Of a stretch of 64,000 nt of DNA, positions 47,201 through 55,894 are shown one piece after another. A model generated the notes under the pieces. The model did no database searches. It had not been told where the DNA came from and saw only the letters and a program-made list of their open reading frames with translations. Within the stretch, counting starts at the first letter, position 1; each line of letters starts with the position of its first letter. The position numbers and the translations under genes were made by a program. Origin of the DNA: a virus (lineage: Duplodnaviria > Caudoviricetes); IMG/VR virus record IMGVR_UViG_3300002835_000006; one strand, given 5' to 3'.

Positions 47201-47667
47201 CAACAATTACACCTTCACCCTCTGAAAGTCCACTACCTGTTTCAGGATTCTCTTACAATTTGATTGCTTTACCATATAACTTGCCATCCGATGGAAATGC
47301 AATTATGAATAACGAACCTAATAATTTCGGAAGTACCGAAATAAACTTATTGGGTCTTTCATCACGAGGTTTTTATTTCAACTCTATAGACACAAGTTTA
47401 ACTGATAGAACATCTTATTATTCAGCTTTTACAGGACAAACTATAACAATTACATTTACTCAGAATGGTGACTCTGCAATATATTCAGGAGACACAGATT
47501 CTTTCAAATTTTGGTCAACTTCAGGAGATACAGGATTTGTGTTTGGTACAGGTATAGGGGTACCTCCGATACCAGAACCCTCAGGAAATGCAGTACTGAT
47601 ACAATCTGCAACAACGACATGGGTCACAGGTGACACTGTTTATGTATCGGCGGTATTGAACGTCTAA
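44236..47667 (+). CDS. Large mucin-like Thr-Pro/Cys-rich probable virion protein (1143 aa)
   Basis: Several globular domains separated by long TP repeat blocks. Confidence 0.75.
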   Translation: MNCIKYNLKNTGDTVVTFNYQRCDNAELELQVKLAPNQNKIIWAIKDTLNIPNFFSNTTSVEEILETISECSTLVNIFGQGTFYYNPSTDVRSPQMVIPNDIVQSLDVAHSEEKLWKLYNPLPFTYVIREWGLTGNPPYLVSSTYRDLTFPSNVVITAPASPGLCQAPNGNLVFIDFEQNVWELTVPVAPATVMTATLKYQLPSGYFVGGDFLVTVNNKLLVASDTEVGGVPYIALYQFDYNTGSFEFESKTVAINNYSATGGIAIFNNEIYIYGVYVYKMDKTAPYGGVRTSLQGAGGASSTIKCNTAFLIGSETPTPTPTSTTTPTVTPTTFTGTTPTATETIGLTPTPTPTSQVCYSNVTFDIDCNNAVIEYIDCCGDCNYAGPYSIGTGYTLSGICIQNDSITGQHVLNIQYSGACNCEVTPTPTPTNTSTPEGTPTPTPTETSILETPTCTPTVTQTPTPTNTETPTPTATSVIETPTPTPTETATSVIETPTPTPTETATSVIETPTPTPTETATSVIETPTPTPTNTETPTPTATSVIETPTPTPTCPYGDCYHYVEITVSGFTVIEWGLCPGSTSAIIYSADTYPATFIEGPTIESDCFSGNSYTILTGSTPVSLNYFNPCCDELVTPTPTPTNTETPTPTATEGITPTPTPTEEITPTPTPTCPYGDCYHYVEFTISGYSEIDWVYCPGTSSGQVYSAETYPATFLLGPGLEVDCFSGNSYTVVSGSTPYSLNYFNPCCEELVTPTPTPSQTSTPQVSPTCTPTESETPTPTPDVTPTCTPTESETPTPTPDVTPTCTPTESETPTPTPDVTPTCTPTESETPTPTPSCTPTLTPTSTQTCCQITILTNSSVDVNITDLTVNGSSATYVSGQALPNTPGNGTILCSTIVGVVDIRISVLNSVAAQKITLTDSLGNVQCYDITGTGPSNYDFLGVTLNCTTPITVLAEDGSCIAPPETPTPTPTAEVTPTPTPTEEVTPTPTITPSPSESPLPVSGFSYNLIALPYNLPSDGNAIMNNEPNNFGSTEINLLGLSSRGFYFNSIDTSLTDRTSYYSAFTGQTITITFTQNGDSAIYSGDTDSFKFWSTSGDTGFVFGTGIGVPPIPEPSGNAVLIQSATTTWVTGDTVYVSAVLNV
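45655..45894 (+). repeat. 45-nt in-frame repeat, about 5 copies (TATSVIETPTPTPTE)
   Basis: actgctacttcagtaattgagacaccaacacctacacctaccgaa, near-exact copies with one interruption. Confidence 0.9.
46537..46742 (+). repeat. 54-nt in-frame tandem repeat x3.8 (PTCTPTESETPTPTPDVT)
   Basis: Near-exact DNA copies. Confidence 0.9.
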
Positions 47668-47690
47668 TTTTTACAATAAATCTTATTATC

Positions 47691-47719
47691 AAACCCTCTA
47701 CTTTTGTTGAGGGTTTTTT
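47691..47719 (+). terminator. Rho-independent terminator
   Basis: aaaccctc-loop-gagggttt followed by T-run. Confidence 0.75.
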
Positions 47720-47742
47720 ATTTTTAAAAAAAACCATTTTCA

Positions 47743-49008
47743 ATGAGCAAAATTTTTATTCAGATTGCTAGTTATCGTGACCCACAATTAGTTTTAACCA
47801 TAAAAGATATGTTAGCAAATGCAAAAAAACCAAAAAATTTGGTTATTGGTATTGCAAGACAATTTTCTGAGTCAGATAAATTTGACAATTTAGACGAATA
47901 CAAAGATGATGAACGTTTTAGAATATTAGACATTCCCTATCAAGAAGCTAAGGGGGTTTGTTGGGCAAGAAATTTAGTTCAACAATTATACTCTGGTGAA
48001 AAATATACTTTACAGATAGACTCACACATGAGATTTGTCAAAGATTGGGATGAAATCCTAATCAACATGATAAAGGGTCTTCAAAAGGATGGGTATAAGA
48101 AACCTCTACTTACGGGTTATGTACCCTCCTTTGACCCTGATAACGACCCTGCAGGAAGAGCACAAGATGCTTGGAGAATGGTGTTTGATAGATTTATTCC
48201 TGAAGGTGCAGTTTTCTTTTTACCTGAAACAATTCCTGGTTGGAGGGAAATGACAAAACCTGTACCAGCAAGATTTTATTCTGCACATTTTTGTTTTACC
48301 TTAGGTTCATTCGCAAAAGAGGTTCAACACAATCCTGAATATTATTTTCACGGTGAAGAAATCTCTATTGCTGCAAGAGCTTATACTTGGGGTTATGATT
48401 TATTTCATCCACATATTCCAGTAATTTATCACGAGTATACTCGCAAGGGTAGAACTAAACAATGGGATGATGACAAAACTTGGGGAGATAGAAATAAACA
48501 TTCACATCTTACAAACAGAAAACTGTTTGGTATGGATGGTGAAAACCAAGAGGGACATGATGGACTTTATGGTTTTGGACCTGTTAGAACACTAAGGGAC
48601 TATGAAAAGTATTCGGGTCTCTTATTCGAAAAAAGAGCTGTAGATAAGTGGTGTTTAGATAAAAACTATCCGCCAAGTCCTGCAATAGAAACTGAAGAAG
48701 ATTGGAAAAAGTCTTTCTGTACTGTTTATAAACACTGTATTGATGTTGGTTACTCCTCTGTTCCTGAAAAAGACTATGATTTTTGGGTTGTCGCATTCCA
48801 TGGACCTAATGACGAAACCCTGTATAGAAAAGATGCAGATAAATCTGAGATTACAAGACTAATGAATGACCCTGACAAATATTGTAAAATTTGGAGGGAG
48901 TTTCAAACTGATGTATTACCTAAGTATTGGGTTGTATGGCCCCATTCAGAATCAAAGGGATGGTGCGATAGATTGACGGGACAATTATCTCATAACCATG
49001 TAAGCTAA
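47743..49008 (+). CDS. Gnt1/GT60-like polypeptide GlcNAc-transferase homologue
   Basis: IFIQIASYRDP, GVCWAR, LQIDSHMRF (DSH metal motif), FHGEEISIAARAYTWGYDLFHP. Confidence 0.75.
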   Translation: MSKIFIQIASYRDPQLVLTIKDMLANAKKPKNLVIGIARQFSESDKFDNLDEYKDDERFRILDIPYQEAKGVCWARNLVQQLYSGEKYTLQIDSHMRFVKDWDEILINMIKGLQKDGYKKPLLTGYVPSFDPDNDPAGRAQDAWRMVFDRFIPEGAVFFLPETIPGWREMTKPVPARFYSAHFCFTLGSFAKEVQHNPEYYFHGEEISIAARAYTWGYDLFHPHIPVIYHEYTRKGRTKQWDDDKTWGDRNKHSHLTNRKLFGMDGENQEGHDGLYGFGPVRTLRDYEKYSGLLFEKRAVDKWCLDKNYPPSPAIETEEDWKKSFCTVYKHCIDVGYSSVPEKDYDFWVVAFHGPNDETLYRKDADKSEITRLMNDPDKYCKIWREFQTDVLPKYWVVWPHSESKGWCDRLTGQLSHNHVS

Positions 49009-49751
49009 TGAAATTCCAAGAATTACCTAAGTTTGTAATAAATTTGGAATCTCGTCCCGATAGGTTAGAAGACATAAAATTTGAATTAGAATATGTTGGT
49101 TGGGATTTTGAATTATTCAACGCGATAAATAGAAATAGTTACATGGGATGTACTCTTTCTCATTTAGAAATTCTGAGAATATCTGAAGAGAGAGGATACC
49201 AAAGGGTTATGATTATCGAAGATGATTGTCAATTCATGCCTTATTGTAAATCTTTAATTCAGGACTTGGAATCACAAATATCGGACATCGAGTTCGGTGT
49301 AATGAATTTGGCACCAACATTGAATAGACCAGTAAACAAAAGTTCAAAATATGATTTATTGTTGGATATAACTAATCTTCCACCTAAACCAAACGATAGA
49401 CTGACAGAAATATTTGCAACAAATATTTTGATTTACGATTTAAAGGTGTTAGATGCTGTCAGAACAATAAAAGATTATGCATTTCAAAGCGGTGATTATG
49501 TTCTTCCAATAGACGAACATTTGGTTAAAAACGTATACCCTAAATTCCAATCTTACACTCCAATTTTACCAATAGCACCACAGAAAAATTCATATTCTGA
49601 TGTATCTCATGGGATGTATAATAATTTTTATACTCAAACATATAATTGGAATCAATACTCACCAGTAAAAATACATCACAAATTTTTGAATCAAGATACG
49701 AATAATAAATTCAAAGAAGAAAAAAAACACTTCCATTATAATGAGAATTAA
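49008..49751 (+). CDS. Glycosyltransferase GT25
   Basis: FVINLESRPDR, GCTLSH, IIEDD, PID. Confidence 0.82.
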   Translation: MKFQELPKFVINLESRPDRLEDIKFELEYVGWDFELFNAINRNSYMGCTLSHLEILRISEERGYQRVMIIEDDCQFMPYCKSLIQDLESQISDIEFGVMNLAPTLNRPVNKSSKYDLLLDITNLPPKPNDRLTEIFATNILIYDLKVLDAVRTIKDYAFQSGDYVLPIDEHLVKNVYPKFQSYTPILPIAPQKNSYSDVSHGMYNNFYTQTYNWNQYSPVKIHHKFLNQDTNNKFKEEKKHFHYNEN

Positions 49752-50628
49752 ATTTATAACAGCAATTTATAGTGATTTGAATGGAACAGAGTTGGGGGGT
49801 AGGCCTGCCAGAGGTACTCACTATAGGTTCAGTCTTCTATCTCTTTTAAAAATGACTAATGCAGATTTTCTGTGTTATACTTCTGAAAGAGAGATAGAAT
49901 CTTTGAAAGAGTTTTTTTATAAAGAAAACAATATATCAGAAAACAAATTAAAATTTGAAATATTTGATTTGACTAATTCCAAATTCAAAGATTTAATAAA
50001 TCTTAGAAAAAATGTGGAGGACATAAAGAGAGGTGATAGATGTATTGAAATTCAATACTCTAAATTTTCTTGGTGGTGGAACGAAGATAAATCATACGAT
50101 TATTATTATTGGATAGACGCCGGATTATCACATTGTGGTTTGATACCATTGAAGTATTTGAATTTTCCTCATGGTATGAGAAGATTTTATGAGAGTACGT
50201 TGTTTAACAATTCTTTTTCAGAAAATTTAATAATCGACACAAGTGATAAATTTTTAATATTAGGGAAAGAGAATGAAAGGAATTATTGGTCTGGAACCGT
50301 GGACCAAAAATGGTATACCAACTATATAAGACAAATTCATATTATTGGTGGTTTGTTCGGTGGTCATAGAGATAGATGGGATAACATGGTTAGTACATTC
50401 GAAGATTATGTTGTAAAAATCTTGTCGGATGATTCTTGTAAGTTTTTACCTCATGAAGAACAAATAATGACTTTAATGTTTTATAACCACAACGATTTGT
50501 TTGTTAGGAAACATTTTGATATTTGGTGGTGTAGGGATAACGCACCACAAGGGACTAGTGAAGAACTATTTCTGAAAAATAAAAGTTTTTATAAAATCTT
50601 AGAGGAATTTAATAGAATATATGAATAA
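49741..50628 (+). CDS. HtrL/YibB (WlaTC)-like putative glycosyltransferase
   Basis: YSKF, YYWIDAGLSH, IIGGLFGG, EEQIM. Confidence 0.65.
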   Translation: MRIKFITAIYSDLNGTELGGRPARGTHYRFSLLSLLKMTNADFLCYTSEREIESLKEFFYKENNISENKLKFEIFDLTNSKFKDLINLRKNVEDIKRGDRCIEIQYSKFSWWWNEDKSYDYYYWIDAGLSHCGLIPLKYLNFPHGMRRFYESTLFNNSFSENLIIDTSDKFLILGKENERNYWSGTVDQKWYTNYIRQIHIIGGLFGGHRDRWDNMVSTFEDYVVKILSDDSCKFLPHEEQIMTLMFYNHNDLFVRKHFDIWWCRDNAPQGTSEELFLKNKSFYKILEEFNRIYE

Positions 50629-52294
50629 CATTACTTTAGTAACGGGTATTTGGGACATCGGGAGGTCTGAATTAAATGAGGGTTGGAAACGACCCTATGA
50701 ACATTATTTGGAAAAATTTGATTCTCTTTTGGATGCGTCTGAAAATATGATTATTTTCGGGGATGAGTCTTTAGAAGAATTTGTTTTTAGAAAAAGGAAT
50801 AAGGAGAATACTCAATTTATTAGAAGACCAATATCTTGGTTCAGAGAAAATGAGTTTTTTGAAAAAATACAACTGATAAGAAACAATGAAGATTGGAAAA
50901 ATCTTGCGGGGTGGCTTAGAGACTCAACTCAATCGAAATTAGAAAACTATAATCCTTTAGTCATGTCCAAAGTTTTTCTACTTCATGATGCCAAGATTAT
51001 GGACCAATTTAATTCGGAATATATGTTTTGGATTGACGGAGGTATTACAAACACCGTGCACTCCGGATATTTCACACACGACAAGGTTTTAAATAATCTT
51101 CCTAAATACATCTCAAAGTTTTCTTTTATTTGTTTTCCATATGAGGCAAATAATGAAATTCATGGATTTGAGTATTCAAGATTAAATGAGATTGCCGGTA
51201 CTAAAGTAGACAAAGTTGCAAGAGGAGGATTCTTTGGTGGACCAAAGTATACTATACCAGAAATAAATTCAATTTATTATGGTTTATTGAAATCTACATT
51301 AGACCAAGGGTTGATGGGTACCGAAGAATCTATTTTTAGTATAATGTGTTATAAACACTCAGATTTAATAAATTATTTTGAGATAGAAGGTAACGGTCTC
51401 ATAGGTAAATTTTTTGAGGGTTTGAAAAATAACAATTTAGAAGTAAAATCTGAGAGCGGATTTGTCTCACAGGAAATGTTAGATACAAATAAAGTTGGTT
51501 TATATGTTATAACATTTAACAGTCCAGAACAATTTGAAACTCTGATACAATCGATGAATTCTTATGATAAAGATTTTTTATTAAAAACTAAAAAATTTCT
51601 TTTAAATAATTCTACAGACAGGACAACAGATTTAACTTATAGTCAATTATGTGATGATTATGGTTTCGAAGAAATAAAAAAGGATAATTTAGGTATCTGC
51701 GGTGGAAGACAGTGGATTGCAGAACATTTTGACACAGAAACGGATTTAGATTATTACCTTTTCTTTGAGGACGATATGTTCTTCTATCCGAATCAAGAGG
51801 TTTGTAAAAATGGTTTCAACAGATTCACAGATAATCTTTATTCAAAATCTTTAGAAATTGTTAAAAAAGAAAATTTTGATTTTTTAAAATTAAATTTTTC
51901 AGAGTTTTTTGGTGATAATAGTACTCAATGGTCTTGGTATAATGTCCCTCAAGATGTAAGATTAAAGTTTTGGCCTGAAAAACCCCGACTCCCAAACATG
52001 GGATTAGACCCAAATGCCCCAAAAACAAAATTCACCAAAATAGATTCCCACAAAGGTATACCATATGCAACAGGTGAAATATACTATTGTAATTGGCCAC
52101 AAATAGTCTCAAGGCCCGGTAATAAAAAGATGTTTTTAGAAACAACTTGGGCTCACCCATTTGAACAAACGTGGATGAGTCATATGTATCAGCAGACTGT
52201 TGCGGGCAAACTCAAACCAGGGTTACTTCTTATGACACCAACCGAACATAATAGGTTCGACCATTACGATAGGAAGTTACGTAAAGAGTCATAA
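50621..52294 (+). CDS. HtrL/YibB-like domain fused to GT-A domain
   Basis: ITLVTGIWDIGR, FWIDGG, RGGFFGG, GTEESIF; C-half has YLFFEDDM. Confidence 0.7.
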   Translation: MNNITLVTGIWDIGRSELNEGWKRPYEHYLEKFDSLLDASENMIIFGDESLEEFVFRKRNKENTQFIRRPISWFRENEFFEKIQLIRNNEDWKNLAGWLRDSTQSKLENYNPLVMSKVFLLHDAKIMDQFNSEYMFWIDGGITNTVHSGYFTHDKVLNNLPKYISKFSFICFPYEANNEIHGFEYSRLNEIAGTKVDKVARGGFFGGPKYTIPEINSIYYGLLKSTLDQGLMGTEESIFSIMCYKHSDLINYFEIEGNGLIGKFFEGLKNNNLEVKSESGFVSQEMLDTNKVGLYVITFNSPEQFETLIQSMNSYDKDFLLKTKKFLLNNSTDRTTDLTYSQLCDDYGFEEIKKDNLGICGGRQWIAEHFDTETDLDYYLFFEDDMFFYPNQEVCKNGFNRFTDNLYSKSLEIVKKENFDFLKLNFSEFFGDNSTQWSWYNVPQDVRLKFWPEKPRLPNMGLDPNAPKTKFTKIDSHKGIPYATGEIYYCNWPQIVSRPGNKKMFLETTWAHPFEQTWMSHMYQQTVAGKLKPGLLLMTPTEHNRFDHYDRKLRKES

Positions 52295-52299
52295 CAGTA

Positions 52300-52306
52300 T
52301 ATTTAT
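52300..52306 (+). promoter_or_regulatory. Putative late promoter TATTTAT
   Basis: 4 nt before ATG at 52311. Confidence 0.45.
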
Positions 52307-52310
52307 TGTT

Positions 52311-52688
52311 ATGGAATTTTTTATCAAGAAAAATGCTACTTTACCACTCTTGAAAATGCAAGTTGTAAAAGATGGTAGGGCCGGATATTTGGAGCTTATG
52401 GAGGCATTACCCATTTCAACAATCTATTTCACGATGATAAATGTTGAAACTGGTATTCCCAAAATAGTATCCGCCCCCTGTTACATAACTTCTATAACCC
52501 TTCCCTTAGGTGCAACCCCTGAGTATTATGTTTATTTCAGATTTACATCAAGAGACACAAATACCGTGGGTAGATATCAAGGTCAATTTCTCATCAAAAA
52601 CGACGAGGGTAATTTAATTCTACCGATAAGAGAGGAGTTATATATCAACGTACAAGACAGTTTTATTTCTGAAACAGGTTGTTGTTGA
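52311..52688 (+). CDS. Hypothetical protein, possibly BppU-like Ig fold
   Basis: FFIKKNATLP start and GRYQGQF strand resemble BppU-type N-terminal domains; weak. Confidence 0.5.
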   Translation: MEFFIKKNATLPLLKMQVVKDGRAGYLELMEALPISTIYFTMINVETGIPKIVSAPCYITSITLPLGATPEYYVYFRFTSRDTNTVGRYQGQFLIKNDEGNLILPIREELYINVQDSFISETGCC

Positions 52689-52689
52689 T

Positions 52690-52721
52690 TTTGATATTAC
52701 AGATATTCTTCGTATATTTAT
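52690..52721 (+). promoter_or_regulatory. Promoter upstream of DNA polymerase: near-consensus Bacteroidota promoter that also contains TATTTAT
   Basis: TTTG 52690-52693, 19-nt spacer, TATATTTA 52713-52720. Confidence 0.5.
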
Positions 52722-52753
52722 GGCTGAATGAGTAAGGTAAATTTCACAATAGT

Positions 52754-55582
52754 GTGAAAGCCAATAAACCACTCGAAAAATATATGATTGACCCTCAAGA
52801 AATTGAGTCGTTCTTACATGGTAACGACCCCGAAGAATTTATTGTAGCTATTGAGTTTGATTATGTTTCAAACTCCATTTTCAAAATCAAAGAAATACCC
52901 AATAAGGGTAAAGAGATTCGTAAGGATACATTTATACCATTCGCTTGGGTTGGAGACCTCCGTGGTATAAATTTCTATAACAATTCCAAAATTGCTCAGA
53001 AAGAAGCGATGTCAAAATATGGGATTGTAATTCAAAAATTAGAAACGAAAGATAATGAACGTCTTGAGAATGGTTTGACTTTCATGGTCAAGTCCCTTAA
53101 AGGTTATCGTGAACTAATTCAGTTCTTCCGTGACGGTGGTTGTGACCCGTGGGGTGAAAAAACCAAGGACAAAATTATGGTTTTACCTCCTGTTGAACAA
53201 TATCTGATATCCAAAGAAAAAAGATTGTTCAAAGGTTTTGATGATTATAATCAAGTGACGCGACTTGTATTTGACTTGGAGACAAACGCTTTGGACCCAA
53301 AAGACGGTCGTATATTCATGATTGGAATCAAAACAAATAAGGGTTACCACAGGGTAATTGAATGTCTTGATGAAAAGGATGAGAAAGATGCAATCTTAGA
53401 ATTCTTCAAAGTAATTGATGAAATTAAACCAAGTATTATCGGTGGTTATAATTCGGCGAACTTCGATTGGCACTGGATATTTGAAAGAAGTCAAAAACTA
53501 GGAATAGATTTAAGAAAGTCTATCAAATCCTTACATCCCCAACATTCTTATACAAGAAAGGAATCTATCCTAAAGTTAGCAAACGAGGTAGAAGATTATC
53601 TACAAACTTCAATTTGGGGTTATAATGTCATTGATATCATTCATGCGGTGCGTAGAGCACAAGCAATCAACTCGAACATTAAAGCTGCTGGTTTGAAATA
53701 TATTACCAAGTTTATCGGTAAAGAAGCAACTGACCGTGTCTATATTGAACACACTGATATTGGTAAAATGTATGCGGCCAAAGAAGAGTATTGGTTGAAC
53801 ATTCAGAATGGAAATTACAAAAAGGTCGGATTGGATGAGAAAATCGATACGGCTTGTAAAAAAAGACCTGATGTGTATATTGTAACAACAGGAGATAATT
53901 TGGTTGAGAGATATTTGGATGATGACTTGGAAGAAACCTTAGCCGTAGACCAAGAGTTCAATCAAGCCTCATTCTTACTAGCTTCAATGATTCCCACCAC
54001 ATATGAGAGGGTTTCTACTATGGGAACGGCAACCCTTTGGAAAATGCTAATGCTTGCGTGGTCTTATAAACACGGTTTGGCAATCCCTGAGAAACAATCA
54101 AAGACAGACTTCGTAGGAGGTCTTTCTCGACTATTAAAAGTCGGGTACAGTAAGAATGTCCTAAAGCTAGACTTCTCCTCTCTATACCCCTCTATTCAGC
54201 TCGTACACGATGTTTTCCCCGACTGTGATGTTACAGGTGCGATGAAAGGAATGTTAAAGTATTTTCGTGATACTCGTATCCGTTACAAACAACTTGCCGA
54301 AGAGTTTGAGAAAACTGACCCTCAAAAATCAGCATCTTATTCTAACAAACAATTACCCATCAAAATCTTCATCAACTCAATGTTCGGTGCTTTGTCCGCC
54401 CCTCAGGTTTTTGCTTGGGGTGATATGTACATGGGTGAACAGATTACTTGTACGGGTCGTCAGTATCTGAGACAGATGATTAAATTCTTTATGTCTCGAG
54501 GTTATACTCCCTTGGTTATGGATACTGACGGTGTAAACTTCTCAAGTCCTGATGATGTCGACAAACACAAATATATTGGTCGTGGTTTAAATTGGAAGGT
54601 CAAAGTTGGTAAAGAATATACAGGACCTGATGCGGATGTTGCTGAATATAACGATATTTTCATGAGGGGTGAAATGGCTTTGGATACTGACGGAGTTTGG
54701 CCTTCGTGTATCAATTTGGCAAGAAAAAACTACGCAGTTATGGATGCAAGAGGTAAAATCAAATTGACAGGTAATTCAATCAAGTCAAAAAAACTTCCCT
54801 TGTATATCGAAACCTTTTTGGACAAAGGAATTAAACTCCTATTAGAAGGTAGAGGTAAAGATTTTATCGAGTACTACTATGAGTATCTAAAAATAATTTT
54901 TGACCAAAAAATTCCTTTATCCCAAATTGCTCAGAGAGCCAAAGTAAAATTGACCTTGGACGAGTATAAAAAAAGGTTGACACAAAAAACCAAGGCCGGT
55001 AATAGTATGTCTCGTATGGCACACATGGAATTGGCAATACAGGAGGGTTTGAATGTAAACCTTGGTGATGTTATAATGTATGTCAATAACGGTAAAAAGG
55101 CGTCTCAAGGTGACGTACAAAAAATGACCGCTAAACAAATCAAAGATTTAAATGAATATAACAAAGTCCAAAACCCAAATTCGAAACCAGTACAAGATGG
55201 AGTAATTGTGAATTGTTATATGTTGAAGGCAGATATTTTGGAAAACAACCCCAATCTGACAGGTGAGTATAATGTTCCGAGGGCAATCGTTACTTTCAAT
55301 AAAAGAATTGAACCTTTGTTAGTGGTATTCCAACAAGAGGTTCGTGACAATTTGTTAGTGACCGACCCTGAACAAAGAGGTATATTTACAACCGCTCAAT
55401 GTGAATTGATAAACGGGATGCCATTTGAAGAGGGCGACCAAGACAAACTTAAAGAGGATGTTTTGGATATTACTGAACAGGAATTAAACTATTGGGGTAG
55501 AAGAGGTCTTAGTTCAGAATATATTTACGAATTAGCGGAAGAAGATTGGAAAATTAAATTAGGAGTTCTTGAGTCCGTCTGA
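52754..55582 (+). CDS. polB: DNA polymerase family B
   Basis: Exo FDLET, GYNSANFD; Pol DFSSLYP, KIFINSMFG, MDTDG; likely true start is ATG at 52784. Confidence 0.95.
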   Translation: MKANKPLEKYMIDPQEIESFLHGNDPEEFIVAIEFDYVSNSIFKIKEIPNKGKEIRKDTFIPFAWVGDLRGINFYNNSKIAQKEAMSKYGIVIQKLETKDNERLENGLTFMVKSLKGYRELIQFFRDGGCDPWGEKTKDKIMVLPPVEQYLISKEKRLFKGFDDYNQVTRLVFDLETNALDPKDGRIFMIGIKTNKGYHRVIECLDEKDEKDAILEFFKVIDEIKPSIIGGYNSANFDWHWIFERSQKLGIDLRKSIKSLHPQHSYTRKESILKLANEVEDYLQTSIWGYNVIDIIHAVRRAQAINSNIKAAGLKYITKFIGKEATDRVYIEHTDIGKMYAAKEEYWLNIQNGNYKKVGLDEKIDTACKKRPDVYIVTTGDNLVERYLDDDLEETLAVDQEFNQASFLLASMIPTTYERVSTMGTATLWKMLMLAWSYKHGLAIPEKQSKTDFVGGLSRLLKVGYSKNVLKLDFSSLYPSIQLVHDVFPDCDVTGAMKGMLKYFRDTRIRYKQLAEEFEKTDPQKSASYSNKQLPIKIFINSMFGALSAPQVFAWGDMYMGEQITCTGRQYLRQMIKFFMSRGYTPLVMDTDGVNFSSPDDVDKHKYIGRGLNWKVKVGKEYTGPDADVAEYNDIFMRGEMALDTDGVWPSCINLARKNYAVMDARGKIKLTGNSIKSKKLPLYIETFLDKGIKLLLEGRGKDFIEYYYEYLKIIFDQKIPLSQIAQRAKVKLTLDEYKKRLTQKTKAGNSMSRMAHMELAIQEGLNVNLGDVIMYVNNGKKASQGDVQKMTAKQIKDLNEYNKVQNPNSKPVQDGVIVNCYMLKADILENNPNLTGEYNVPRAIVTFNKRIEPLLVVFQQEVRDNLLVTDPEQRGIFTTAQCELINGMPFEEGDQDKLKEDVLDITEQELNYWGRRGLSSEYIYELAEEDWKIKLGVLESV

Positions 55583-55894
55583 TGAAAGAATATACCAAGT
55601 ATCTCTTATAAATTTAAATTCAACACAGGCGAACTTATCTAAATCAACCTCATCGTATTCTTCATCAATCCTATTGATATCAGGTTTCACTTTGAGATTT
55701 GTCATCGATTTAACAACAACGTGGTCTGAGGTCATAGAGTCCAAAGTCAAAGTTGCGTTTGGTACACCTCTCACAACAATCACCGCTTCTCCGTTTACTT
55801 TGTAGTCTTTTTCAGTAACGACAGCGCTGTCTGAGGTCTCTATTGCAAACCCATTTATTATTCTTTTTGATGGTATATTTTTAACTATTGCCAT
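55559..55894 (-). CDS. Hypothetical beta-rich protein (111 aa)
   Basis: Coupled to neck gene. Confidence 0.75.
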   Translation of the reverse strand: MAIVKNIPSKRIINGFAIETSDSAVVTEKDYKVNGEAVIVVRGVPNATLTLDSMTSDHVVVKSMTNLKVKPDINRIDEEYDEVDLDKFACVEFKFIRDTWYILSSDGLKNS

